From Callorhinchus milii (Eukaryota): a stretch of DNA of 64,000 bases. Both the position numbers and the translations under genes were made by a program. Below, piece after piece: positions 51,548-64,000 of the stretch. Position 1 is the stretch's first letter. Each line of letters begins with the position of its first letter. The DNA lies in contig NW_024704743.1 in NCBI RefSeq assembly GCF_018977255.1, forward strand, positions 94,118,001 to 94,182,000, in the 5' to 3' direction. The notes beneath the pieces were generated by a model. It saw only the letters and a list, made by a program, of their open reading frames with translations, was not told the DNA's origin and did not search any database.

Positions 51548-51990
51548 CTCGGCTTCCCATCACACAGTTCAAGATCCTGGTCTTCACCTTTAAAAGCCCT
51601 CCATGGCCTTGCTCCCCACTCCCTACATCTGCGACCTTCTAACATCCTACTACCCTGCCCGCTCCCTCTGCTCAGCAGGCTCTGGCCTGCTTCATGTCCC
51701 CCGCCTCGCCTGCCCCACCATTGTCGGACGGGTTTTCTGCCACTCTGTCCAGACCCTTTGGAACTCCATTCCGCAGTCCCTCGGCCTAGCCCCGTCCCTT
51801 ACCTCCTTCAAGACCCTCCTCTTTGACCGTGCTTTCAATCACCCTGCTTCCCCCCTGCCCTCCACCCATCCAAATCCCGACCTCCAGCTCGGATCCAAAA
51901 CACTGACTGTCCAGCGCCTTGGGACATCCTCCCAGCATGAAAGGTGCTATACAAATATAATTTTGTTGTATATAAGTGCAAGTTGTTGTT
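51548..51990 (+). mobile_element. L2 3' fragment
   Basis: Aligns with 6610-7038. Confidence 0.85.
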
Positions 51991-54774
51991 TAGCACTGAA
52001 CAAAAGCTACCATTGAATAGATAAGTTTAGCTATCCTCCTCCGCTTATAATATTTGATATAGTACTTCTCACATTGGAAGGACATCTCAAAGCACAGGTA
52101 TATTGTAAGGGTATTTTTGCAGGCTAACACAACAGCTAATATGCACGCAACAAGTCTCACAAACATCCAAGAAGTGAATGTCCAAATGTTGGCCAATTGG
52201 GGGAATTGTTAGCCTGGATACAGGGAGAAACTCCCTCCTCTTTTTGAATAGTGCCATGCGATCTTTTTGTTGTTGTTGTTGTGTCATCCTAGGCTGTATG
52301 AGTTCAAAGTAACAATGTGGTGCTTGAACCCACAAATTTCTGACTCAGAGGCAAGTGTTACCAATTGAGCCAGGTTGATAGGCTTTTGCATAACTATGTC
52401 TGGAACGATGTTGCAGACGTTTCGCTCACAGAATGCACAATCCACTTTACAGTATATCCTGTGAAACACTTTTGAGACATCTCGACGACGTGAAAGATGC
52501 TATATTAAAAGCAAGGATTATTATTACTACTGCATTTATTATTATTTTGAGAAGTTCCTCCAACATGAAAGGCACTATTGTAAGTCTTTAAAGTTGTTAT
52601 TTTGGGGTTTCTAATATTCACACATGAGGTATTAAACAAATGCTATTTTCATTTCATAGTATGAATTTTGCATAAATTCAATTGAAGCTAGATCTTTTCA
52701 ATAATTAAATACCTATCCTCGGAGGTGGGGGGAGGGGAGTAGTAAGCAGGGTCTTACTTACAATATGATACAATTTACTTAGCACCTCACATTGTGAGGA
52801 TATCTAAAAACGCTTTGCACAGCTGGCTGGGTACCTGAGCAGGTGAGGTTGGAGCTGAGAGGTTGGAAGGATAATTTAAAGCAGGGTCAAAGAGATAAGT
52901 CAAGATGGGCTTTAAAAGTGTGGAGGGAGGGGGCGAGTTGGAGGACTCCAAAATACTGTCCCAGAGGTCAGGGCACAGAATGACTGAAAACATGTCCAGA
53001 TAGTTGGATGGATCAGGTGAGGGAACATGAGGCAGGCCGATGCTCACTGAGCGAAGGAAGTGGCCAGGTCAGCAGCAGTTTGTGGGGGGGGTGCAAGATC
53101 ATGGAAGGTTTTGGTTGTCAGCACAAGGATTCTGAATTTGATCCACTGGGGATGGGGAACTGAGTGAGGATATGCGTGATAGCCTCACAGAGTCCGTGCA
53201 AGCGAGGACACAAACTACAGACTTGCCTATGAATGGAATTTTGGAACTGAGCTGAACCGCTGCCTCAATCATTTGGGGCCCTGCCCTATGGAACTACATC
53301 TTGGGAGTCCTCTGACTCGTCCCTTCCTCCCAACTTTTAAAGCCTGCCTTGACTTACCTCTTCGACCATGTTTTCAGTTATCCTTCCCCTCCCCCAGTCG
53401 GTCCACCCTACTCTCCCCCGAGGATAGGGTAGACTTACATGCTAGTTTTGACAATGGCAAGCTTCACAATTTTAGCTGGTATGTTTTGTAGAATTAAAAA
53501 TACACCACAAATTGAATAGGCAGATATTATTTCACAGAAAATATTTAACAGGTCCTCAACATAACAAGAAAGTAATCACATCTATTATTTCTTGCATTGC
53601 TAAAAGTACATTCCAGCATATTGGTATAAAAAAGATTGAAAGATACAGCTTTCAAAACAATTTAAAAGTAACAGTTAAATAAAAGACAAGAATGAAAAGA
53701 AAACAAGTTCTGGGATGATTATTCAATGAGGTTCCACCCACTCAAGTCTTTTTACTGGAAGAGAGCTCTATCAAAGCAGTCTCATTGATGGAGCTGATGA
53801 ACTCTGTTGGCTTTGGTACAGTAACGCATGCTCCAAAGAACAAACACACAGAGCTACACAAGCTTTTAATTCATATTTACAACAACAAATAGATGTTTGT
53901 TCCATGCATGTAGTTTTAAAAATGTGACAATCCCCATAGAAAATAGTCAACCACATTAGCAACATATGTTTATTGTTAACGATCAGACCAATAAACAATA
54001 CAGCTGTCTCCACTTGGCAGCTACTTTTTTTTTAAAAAACGAAATGGGATTTTTTTTTCCTGTTTGCCGTAAGCCACCTGATCACTGCCAGGAACTGGAA
54101 TGCAAAGCATTCCCTGGAGTAACTACTGACGTCAGCAGCAGATTCCAAAAATTGGCAGTCACCCGCGTCTGGAAATTCCAGTCTACAACATTTGCACTTT
54201 TCAGTCAAAACAGGTCCCAGCCTACAATGAGGCTAGATCCAATAGCATGCCGTGATTCTTTGCTGTGATCGCAGAATATTGCATTATCTGCAGTTCTAAC
54301 AAACCCACTAAATAATATATCCTAAGACTGCCCATCTATTGGAACATAAGTTTAAATCTCAGCTTGTGAATTCACTTTACAGTGTGTCCTGTGAAGCGCT
54401 TTGGGACGTCCTCCCGACGTGAAAAGCGCTATATCAAATGCAAGGATTATTATTATTATTATTATTTTATTCTACTTAACGTTAAATTGATTTTATACCA
54501 ATGTACCAAGATTGAAATGGACTAAGCAACAGGGTAGGCTATTCAAAACAACTCTACCATTCTATTATTTCTTGCACCTTGATAAAAATGCCCACAAACA
54601 AAGGTTCATTCATTTCTGGAAATCAAAACTAAGATCCCACAGAACTAAGATAATCAAAACTAAGATACAAATACAGGTTTTGATGGCTTGAGCTTCCATA
54701 CACCTTTCACAAATCTCAAAACAAAGAAATGCTCTCACAAACAAACTGATGGAAGAGAGGAATGGAAGACAGAA

Positions 54775-55475
54775 ATCATAGAATCATAGAATTATACAGC
54801 ATAGAAAGGAGGCCTTTCGGTCCATCGTGTCTGTGTCGGCTCTTTGAAAAGAGCTATCCAATCCAATCCCACTCCCCACTCCCTCCCCATAGCCCTACAG
54901 ACTTGTCCTCCCCAAATAATTATCTACTTCTCTCGTAAAAGTTGTTATCAAATTGGCTTCCACCAACTTTTCAGGCAAGGCATTCCCGATCCGAACAACT
55001 CGATGTGTGAAAAATTCTCACCTCCCGTTTCTTTTAACAACTATTTGAAATTGGTGTCCTCGGGTTACCGACCCACCTGCCAGTGGAAATAGTTTCTCCT
55101 TGTTCACTCTATCAAATCCCCTTATAAGTTTGAAAACTTCTATTAAGTCTCCTCTTAATCTTCTCTGCTCCAAGGAGAATAATCCTAGCTTCTCCAGCCT
55201 CTCCTGATAACTGAAGTCTCTCATTCCTGGTACCATCCTGGTAAATCTCCTTTGCATCCTCTCCAATGACTTGACATCCTTCCTAAAGTGTGGTGCCCAG
55301 AACTGAACACAGTCTCCAGCTGAGGCTTAACCAGTGTTTTATAAAGGTTCATCATAACTTCCTGACCTTTCTATTCTATGCCCCTATTGTTAAAGCCTAG
55401 TATCCCGTCGGGTTTTTTAACAGCTTTATCTACGTGTCCTGCCACCTTCAAATATTTACATATATGAACCCCCAG
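54775..55475 (-). mobile_element. CR1 LINE 3' fragment
   Basis: Encodes ERMQRRFTRMVPGMRDFSYQERLEKLGLFSLEQRRLRGDLIEVFK...TRGH, a typical CR1 ORF2 C-terminus; (attctatg)n tail. Confidence 0.93.
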
Positions 55476-57591
55476 TCAAACAGTCGTGGGTTGAGTGACC
55501 ACATTTTGTTTTAAGGGAATTGATTGAAAAATGTCAGTAACATTCAGCTTTACCTGTGCAAATGTAATTTTGTTGTTTCTTGTTGTTCTTGTTGCTTCTT
55601 TCATATAAAATAAATCATAGAATAGCAATAATGTGGAGAAACAAATTCCCAGAATGACCAAGACACAACATACTTCACTAATCTGTCATTTCTTGTGGGT
55701 TTAACAGACTAGTCATTAGAATTGTTTTTATGCAAAACAATAGAACCCTAGAAATTACAGCATTGAAGGGGCCAATTTGACCCAATGAGTCTATGTTGGC
55801 TTTGGCTATTCGCCATAACTCCGCCACATATCTGCCATTTACTTATCAGCTGGAGATGAGGAAGCACCCAATTATGAAACAGCACTGATGGGAAGTGACT
55901 GTAAGTTGACGCACAGAACATCACTGGCATCAGGCACATGCAAATGCACCCCCTAATTTCTTTCCACTTACACATTCAGTTGGAGATTTATTGCTATTCA
56001 GATAAAAGTTAAGAGCCTTCACAGAAAGACTAGTGAAGAATGGCAACAACATGCATTTTTTGTGTAGAACTTAATTTGGATCTGCGCTATGGGAAGCTTA
56101 TTATATTGATCATATTATTAACATGGGAAGCCAACATTATATAACATATACAGGAAGTGAAATTTGTTGAATCTACAAGCAGATTTGTTATATTTTTAGT
56201 GGGTGTGGCATCCAACCCATCATGGAAGGAATGGCATTTCCTAAGCATAGGTCTGGACAAGTTTAAAATGAGCATTCTTTCCTGGCTCCATTTAAAATAT
56301 ACATAGTTAAGCACTGCACAAGATTCTTAACTCACCAGACATTGTAAGGGCTTCAATGATGGTTTCAACTAACTTCAATTAACCCATGGGTTGCCAAATA
56401 CTGATGGGAAATGTGTGCTCCCTGGTGTTGTTACTCTGAGATAAAAAATCTCTCATTACAGTAATATCATCACTGAACTAACAAGATTAGCTTTTTAAAC
56501 TTCTTTTCAAAAAGTGAATTCTGCCTTGTTTCAAATACAGTATTCCCTCCACCTCTTTTTTAAACTGTATAAATGTTTTACCATGGATGTCAATTTAACG
56601 GATACCTTATTTAGCTGCTCCCTGCAATCGGATGTATGGGTCCCTGATTCAAGAGTATACAGAAAATGAAGAGATTCAGCAGAACAGCCAATAAAATGGC
56701 CAGGCAGGAATTTTTTTTATATTACACAGGCATTAAATTGCAATATCTCCAAAACTTTTCTTTTGAATATTCAAGATCTGAAATAAGCATCACTTATTGA
56801 TGGCTGCTCTAAAAAAAGTATTTTGTTACATAAAGCATTTTTTCACAATGCTTTAATACAGTAATATGATTTAACTTCCCAGAAACAACAACAACTTGCA
56901 CTTATATAGTGCCCTCCACGCAGGGTAGAGTCTCAGAGTGCTTGCAGTAAATGCTGCGAAGAGTTTGAAAAGTGATTTCAAAAAGAAAAATTAAGATAGA
57001 AATAATAGTTTAAAAAATTAAGCTGCATTTAGTACAAACAAAATGCAGGATTGAGGTGGTGAAAGTGTTAATAATGATTGTGTGAAGGATTTTTCAGTGA
57101 CTTCATTAGTAATCAGAGAAAATTGGGCTTTCAGTGCTGTAAATTTAAGTTTTTCATTTTGATATAGCACGTTTTCCAATCATTCATGATACTTCCAAAA
57201 CAAAGTATCATGGATGATTGGAATACATTCTGTTTTTGCCAAGTGCAACAAGAATAGAAGGGAATCACATACTGGTAAACTGCTCTATCTACATGGAACA
57301 CAGGAAGACATCAGGTCAGTACAACCTTGTCAAGAGCAATACATTTCAATAAAACCTTGAGTAAACTCTTCGTACAATGTTTTTTCTTTATAATTCAGAG
57401 GACTGGTGGATCATAAACTTAAACATTCTGATGTGCGTTTATTATTAATGGTAAATTTTTGTTCATTAATCCTTATCTGATCATTGGCAACATTGATTCA
57501 GCACCAAAAAAGTGATGTTTATTTCAGATCTTATTAGTATTAAAAGTTACATTTGCACTCGTGCAAAGATAAATTAATCTGAGGCACTTAC

Positions 57592-57811
57592 CATGGTGAG
57601 TGGACATGGACAAGATCTCCTGAAACAATCCTGAGATGGGATGCAGTTTCTCTTGTAAATAATACCTTGAGTGGTGCTTGGGTGGAAGTGCCCTCATCCT
57701 CACCAGTCTGGTCTATGGAGGTTTCGATCAATGGTTGACACAAAGTTACAAGCATTGAACACTCCTCATGCAAATCCAAAATTTTCAGCACCAGAACACC
57801 AACTTTTCCAG
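57592..57811 (-). CDS. SPIDR: SPIDR internal coding exon A (most 5' exon in the window)
   Basis: Acceptor ctattacag|CT and donor TG|gtaagt. Encodes GKVGVLVLKILDLHEECSMLVTLCQ...LKVLFTRETASHLRIVSGDLVHVHSPW, which matches recalled human SPIDR (GVLTVKILELHEECAM...LKVLFTKETA...PPW). 220 nt, ends in phase 2. Confidence 0.93.
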
Positions 57812-58341
57812 CTGTAATAGAGAAATTATATGTTGACAGGAATGCACATTATACCAGTCTCTCCAAAATACCTTACAGAACTCACTCCCCAAATATCTTG
57901 CTCCTCTCTCCTGGCCTTCAAAACTCTTATTAAAAAGATTTTTTTTAAAAGATTCATTTGCAAAATGTCAGGAGGTCCAGAAAAATGTATGACTGTCACT
58001 TTTATTTGTCAGCTTTAATGAACTATTTATCTCGAGAGCTATGCTGTTGAAGGTAGGCTTTGAAGACAGAAATGCAATGTCATATCTTCTATCTATATCA
58101 CTGTAGATGTTCAATTTAGCAGATTAAAGAATCAATTTTTCCTCAGCCAATAGAGAGCTATTAGAACTACTGGTTTTACTAATGATCCACTAATTGAGAT
58201 AACAGAGGGACCAAATGTAAAAATTAACAGACCATTAAGAGCCACCACTCAATACTGTAGTTCTACATCATCTAATAACATTTTAGCAGTTAGTTGTTTT
58301 GGAAGACTGCCAAAGATTTCCACAACACCTGAAGCGAAGAA

Positions 58342-58740
58342 ATAATAATTTGATATAGCGCCTTTCACATCAGGAGGATGTCTCAAAGCGCTTCATAGTA
58401 TACATCGTAAAGTGGAGTGATCGTACTTTGCAGCCGAACACAGCAGCCAATTTGCACTCAACAATGTCACAAAAACCACAAAGTAAATGACCAATTTTAT
58501 TTAGGAGATTTTTGGCCAGAACACTGGGAGAAACACCCTTCCCTTTTCAAATTGTGCTTCTACACCCACCAGAACAGGATTTGAGACCTTGGTTTAATGT
58601 CTCATCCAAAGGACAGCACCTCCAACAATGCAGACAACCCCAGTACAACATTGCAATGTCAGAATAGACGGAGTTTCAACACCTGACATAGAACCCACAA
58701 CCTTCTCACTCAAAGGCGAGGAGAGGCTAACTGAGCCAAA
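58342..58740 (-). mobile_element. Deu-domain SINE (family B)
   Basis: Head, Deu core and tail align with 17497-17955. Confidence 0.8.
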
Positions 58741-60384
58741 CCAAAGTCTGGATTGTTTAAAGATGAAGGTTCCATTTATGTCAAATTAATTTGTTTTTTC
58801 TCAAGGTACTCATCACAGTGCAACCCAGTCACAATGCAGTGTTTCAGATACAAAACAATTTAGAGATTGCATTACAATATGTTCCCAAAAATATCGGTCA
58901 GTCCCACCCCTGGCATGTACCAGCCAGCTTCTTGCAGATGTGCTTACAGCTCAGAGGAAGTTTGTGCCAGTTTGTGCTTAAAGTCAGAAATGTACCGTTG
59001 TTGTAATCAGATGACTATAGGATACCTGTTTATAAGAAATGTTTTGGTCTGGCAAGGCATTTAAATCAATGGGTTCTCCTGTACGATATTCCACACACTG
59101 ATCAGGTTTGACCTGCCAGATCTGCCACATTTGGTACCTGTCCAGACCAAAGAGCAAAACCAAATGGCTTCATGGTTATTTATTATACAGCAGTAATGCT
59201 ATCAGGGCAGTGTTTTAGTGATGTGGATTACTTCTCTGCTGAAATAAAATACAATGGTGGAACCTTAAGTCCGTCCATTGATTATGTACTGGTGTGTACA
59301 TCTGTACTCTTGTAGTTGGGTGAATCAGTGAAAGAACATCAGACACCTGACTAAAAAACAATGACAGAGAAGCTAACATTCTAGCTTTCAGACAATCATT
59401 TTAAGCTGTTCACATTTTTTTTAAAAAGGAAGCGAAATAGATGGGGAAGGACAAACCTGGAAAAACAACTTTTAGAGCCAATGAAACCTCAATTTGTTCA
59501 ACCGTGTTACTATCTGCTAAATGCAAAACAAATAGATTTTTAAAAAAGAAACAAAGCTGTAGAGATGTTGCTAAATTTAACATTAACATAAAGGTAGAAC
59601 AAATGGGAAATATGTGGGGGGGTAAGGAAAACAAAACGAGCAGAACGTTACACTTTTTAAATTAATTTGTTGCTGTTTAAACTTAATATTAGAATAATAC
59701 TAGTTACTCCTGGCATTCGACTATCTCTCACTGTAATATCTGTGCACATCTTAGAAACATAGTAAGTGAGCTGAAAACTGAAAATCAGCTAACCCAGGGA
59801 GAAAATAATTTGTTTGGATCTGCGTAAGAGTTAATATCATAACGAATGTGGTTCCAAATAACTTCTGGCCTGTATGTGGAGTTATGCTCATACTGCTCTG
59901 CAACTCACAGAAAAATACCAGTTGAGACAACATTTATAAACATACTTGAAGTGTCTGACAGACAAATGCTCCTTCATGCTCTGCAACAATGTCTTAGTTT
60001 ACAAGCCGTGATTCTACATAAACAGATGGTTTTCATTAAAATTGTGTTAATTTCAAGTTATTTTAAAGAAATGCATGTCTGATGTGAAGAAACAAACAGT
60101 TTTATGTAAAAAAGTCTTAAGTAATTTTGTTTGTTACAAACTTGGTTCTAACATTATGTCAATAATATAATTTTAGCATCAATTCACAAATTACTGTCCA
60201 CTTTAGTGGTCAGATGTACAAACGAATGCACAAATAAACTATTATTTACAAATGCAACAATTTCACATTTACATAACACCTTTCATATTAGTAGGATCTC
60301 TCAGAGCACTTAACTACAGATCCTTTTCTGAATTCCACACCCATCAATTTCTGACACGTGCCTTCCCAGAGATAGATTGTAAGA

Positions 60385-60872
60385 ATGGAATGGAACATCA
60401 CAAAGATGATACCAGAACTGAGAGGTTATACCTATGAGGAAAGGTTGAATAAGCTTGGACTCTTTTTCTCTTGAAAAGAGGAGGGTAAGGGTGACCTGAT
60501 AGAGGTCTTTAAAATTATGAAAGGTTTTGACAGGGTAGAAATAGGGAAGATATTTTCACTTGTGGGGGAGACCAAAACCAGGGGCTGTATAGTCACAAAT
60601 AGATCAAATAGGGAAGTTAGAAGAAATTTCTTCACACAGAGAGTAGTAAGAATGTGGAACATGCTACCACAAGGAGTTGTTGAGGCAAATAACATAAATG
60701 TATTTAAGGAAAAACTAGATAGGTACTTGAGGGAGAAAGGAATAGAAGGTTAATCTTGAAGCTTAGTTGAGGAAGGGCAGGAGGAGGCTCATGTGGAGCA
60801 TAAACACTGACATAGACCAGTTAGGTTGAATGGCCTGTTTCTGTGCTGTATATTCTAATATATTCTAATGTA
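60385..60872 (+). mobile_element. CR1 LINE 3' fragment
   Basis: Encodes MKGFDRVEIGKIFSLVGETKTRG...RRNFFTQRVVRMWNMLPQGVVEA...FKEKLDRYL; attcta-type tail. Confidence 0.92.
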
Positions 60873-62273
60873 ATGTGCACTCTCTTCCTGGAGGGACACA
60901 TCCTGCTTACCTAATTCCAGAAAGTATTAGGCACAGGTTGGCAAGAGCCAAGGCTTGGGGACCCCAGAGTATGCGTTGCGGTACTGTTGGAGTCTAAACA
61001 ACTAAAACCGCATAGCTTGCCATTAATATTCCTTTCTAGCAATCTTTCCTGCTGCTTTTCCAGCTACGACCACCCTACCTGTTAAGGATTGGCTTGCGGG
61101 GTTAACAGGAGCTAAGTTGGGATGTCTCCCTGGTCCCAGGGACTGGTTTGCCCTTCCAGGTCCTGTCAATGAGCCAGGCTGCCACCAGCAGTGCCCTGGA
61201 ATACTGCAGACCGGCCTGGCTCAGGAACTGGACTAACAAGACCACCACAGAGGGCTGGCTTGATTCTGACATTGCGCTGCCAGACACGTCACTTTGGAGC
61301 CAGTTCAGCTCCAAGGAGACCCCCCCACCACCTGAGGATAAAGCTATCAACTTAGATCATTATAACGCTGAACTAGATTCATAATAGAAAATATTCCAAA
61401 ATCCATCATACACACAAAGCTTCCTGTTGTCTTTTTTCGAAATGATTATATAACAAATACCAATGATTGTTTTGCAAAACAGTTATGGTTTCTCTGCAAG
61501 CAAAATATTTACCATGAGCTAACCACAGACCCTGTTTTATTTGTGTTGGGCACCTAAAGCATTTCCTTTTGGAAGATTTGATTTATTTAAGAGACTTTTT
61601 ATTTCAGCAGCTGGGTTTTCTTTTCTTTCTTGTCATGATTTGGGTTTTTTTTTCCAGAAAAAAAACCTAACTTTCAAGAGAGAATGCATTTAAACAATAT
61701 TTTAGACACTTTGGAATCTATGTAGAAATAAGAAGAAACCATCCAGATTACTCAATCACTATTCTATGTTGAAGATCCATACAGTATTTTCTTCAATGAT
61801 ACACATTTGAGAGTATTATCCATTGTTCCCCACTAAATCAGAAATCGGCCCTTTGCTATGTAAAGGTTTTGGCTGACGCGTTATATACTTCACTGGCCCA
61901 ATAAATAATCAAACAATTCTGAAGTGTTTTTGCTCATCTATTCTTTGATCTATAATTTTGCTCCCCTGCTTTCTTCTTGTTTGGGCAGAAAGAAAGCGTT
62001 GATTTGTACCAAACTAATTCTCATTATTATAATAATAATCCTTGCGTTTGATTTAGTGCCTTATCATTATAGCCTAAATATATGGAATCTGTGCCTCTTA
62101 TAAGCGCTCTGAGACACTACTCTGCATGGAGGGCGCTATGTAAGTGCAAGTTGTTGTTGTTCTGTCTTCTTTCAATCTGTATAGTCTATATTCCTCAGAG
62201 CTGACAAAGTTACAAGATGATCTGACTGAGGTTTTTTTAAATAATGAAAGAAATTGACAAGGTAGATAAAAAT

Positions 62274-63656
62274 AACAACAACAAGATTCCATTTATAGAG
62301 CGCCTTTCACGTTGGGAGGACGTCCCAAGGCGCTGTACAGTTGGGTCAGGACCCGAGCAAGGGGGAAATAGTCAGGGTGAGGGGAGGGAAGGGAGGGAGC
62401 GAGGAGGGGGTAGAGAGTCGAGAGGGGAGCTGAAGGCACGGTCAAAGAGAAAGGTCTTGAGACCGGCCTTGAAGGAGGAAAGGGAGGAAGCAAGGCGAAG
62501 GCACTGGGGTTGGAGTTTCAGAGCCTCGGGGCTGAGAGGCTGAAGGCCCGGCTACTGATGGTAGGGCGGTTGGTGTGGGGGATGTGGAGCAGACCGGAGC
62601 CAGAGGAACGGAGGGTACGGGCAGGTAGGTAGGGGGATAGTAGGTCGGAGAGGTAGGAGGGAGCAAGGCCGTGAATGGCCTTGTAGGTGAGGATGAGGAT
62701 CTTGAATTCGATCCTCTGGGGGATGGGGAGCCAGTGGAGGCGAGCGAGGGTGGGAGTGATGTGGTCGCGAAGCCTGGTGCGGGACAGTACACGAGCTGCA
62801 GAGTTCTGAATGACCTGCAGCTTGTGGAGGGAGGTGCCGGGAAGGCCGGCGAGGAGAGAGTTCCCATAGTCCAGCCTTCAGGTGATAAAGGCGTGGACCA
62901 GAGTTTCAGCAGCGTGAGGGGTGAGGTAGTGCCGTAGTCTGGCGACGTTGCGGAGGTGATGGAAGGCGGTGCCAGTTGTGGCGCGGACATGAGGGAGAAA
63001 GGACAGCTCAGGGTCGAACAGAACCCCGAGGTTCCTGAGCGGCTTTGAGAGGTGGAGAGTGCAGCCTTGGATGCTGACGCTGTCAGCGCCTGAGGTGCGG
63101 AGGCGCTGACGTGAGCCAATCAGGAGGGCCTCAGTTTTGCGCACGTTGAGCTGAAGAAAGTTGTCTCTCGTCCAGGACTCGATGTCGGACAGGCAGCTGT
63201 CAGGACATCGGTGGTCGTGGAGTTGAGGGTAGAGGAGGAAAGGTAGAGTTGGGTGTCATCCGCATACATGTGGAAGTTAACCCCATGTCTGCGGATGATG
63301 TCACCAAGGGGGAGCATATAGAGGGTGAAGAGGAGGGGACCGAGGACAGAGCCCTGAGGGACACCGCACGAGACAGTGCGGGGACTGGAGGAAAAGCCAT
63401 TCGTGGAAACAAAGTGAAGACGGTGGGAGAGGTACGGCCTAAACCACTCAAGGACAGGGTCTTGAAGGTTGAGGTGGGAGGACAAGCGGTGGAGGAGGAT
63501 AGCATGGTCGACCGTATCGAATGCTGCCGATAGGTCGAGGAGGACGAGGAGGCAGAGGGAGCCCTGGTCACAGATGGTCAGGATGTCATTGGTGACCTTG
63601 ACCAGGGCAGTTTCTGTGCTATGGGCAGCACGGAAACCCGACTGAAGGGGTTCGAA
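62274..63656 (-). mobile_element. Relatively intact 5'-truncated L2 LINE (RT domain to tail)
   Basis: Encodes [40 protein letters not shown] and [11 protein letters not shown]; frameshift near 63200 and stop near 62880; many CpGs retained; (TTG)n tail. Confidence 0.95.
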
Positions 63657-64000
63657 TAATAACACTTCCCTCTGGTCGTTTGATCCAAAACAAGAGGACA
63701 TTGCTTTAATATTAAGCCTAAGCAAGGGATGAAAAACATTTCTTCAGACAAAAGATTATGAGAATGTGATCTATATTACCCCCAGAAGATTGAAGATGCT
63801 GAAGAATCAACTGGGAAGTTGAAGATGAATGAATATTTGAAAAATGAGGGTATTAATGGATATGAAGGATTGTACAAACAATTAATTGCAGAGATGCATA
63901 AACATGTATTTTTATGGCAATGTCCCTACACTGCTACAGACATGAGTTACAGTTAGTCACAATCACAGTGGGAATTGTTAAAGTATAGCACTAAATGTAA

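Noticed and set aside
63120..63725. Reverse transcriptase ORF as a retron, DGR or other novel RT system
   Set aside because: It has standard L2-clade motifs, a 5' truncation, a frameshift and an L2 tail; the first ~23 aa are flanking DNA.

Overview
Vertebrate genomic DNA, AT-rich and dense in repeats. The repeat content (L2 and CR1 LINEs, Deu-domain tRNA SINEs) suggests a cartilaginous fish, possibly a chimaera; this is inference. The only host gene I can support is a SPIDR (KIAA0146) ortholog on the minus strand. It has four internal coding exons (57592-57811, 22072-22279, 19385-19662, 7588-7749) with canonical AG/GT boundaries and phases that join into one open frame. The rest is intron, filled with 5'-truncated L2 and CR1 LINEs, two tRNA-headed SINE families that share an L2-like tail, hAT/Charlie-type non-autonomous DNA transposons and a long (TATC)n tract. 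Nearly all ORFs in the supplied track are repeat-derived or spurious. I found no prokaryote-type system such as CRISPR, and nothing I can demonstrate to be a new biological system. The best leads are: a composite hAT element carrying a captured L2 3' end (two copies); modular SINEs with alternative tail stem-loops; a multi-helix block at about 60.9-61.3 kb; an array of ZNF143/NRF1-like motifs at about 45 kb; an isolated near-perfect 38-bp hairpin; and a possible stop-free two-exon SPIDR circRNA. Family names come from recalled consensus features, not database searches, and repeat boundaries are approximate.
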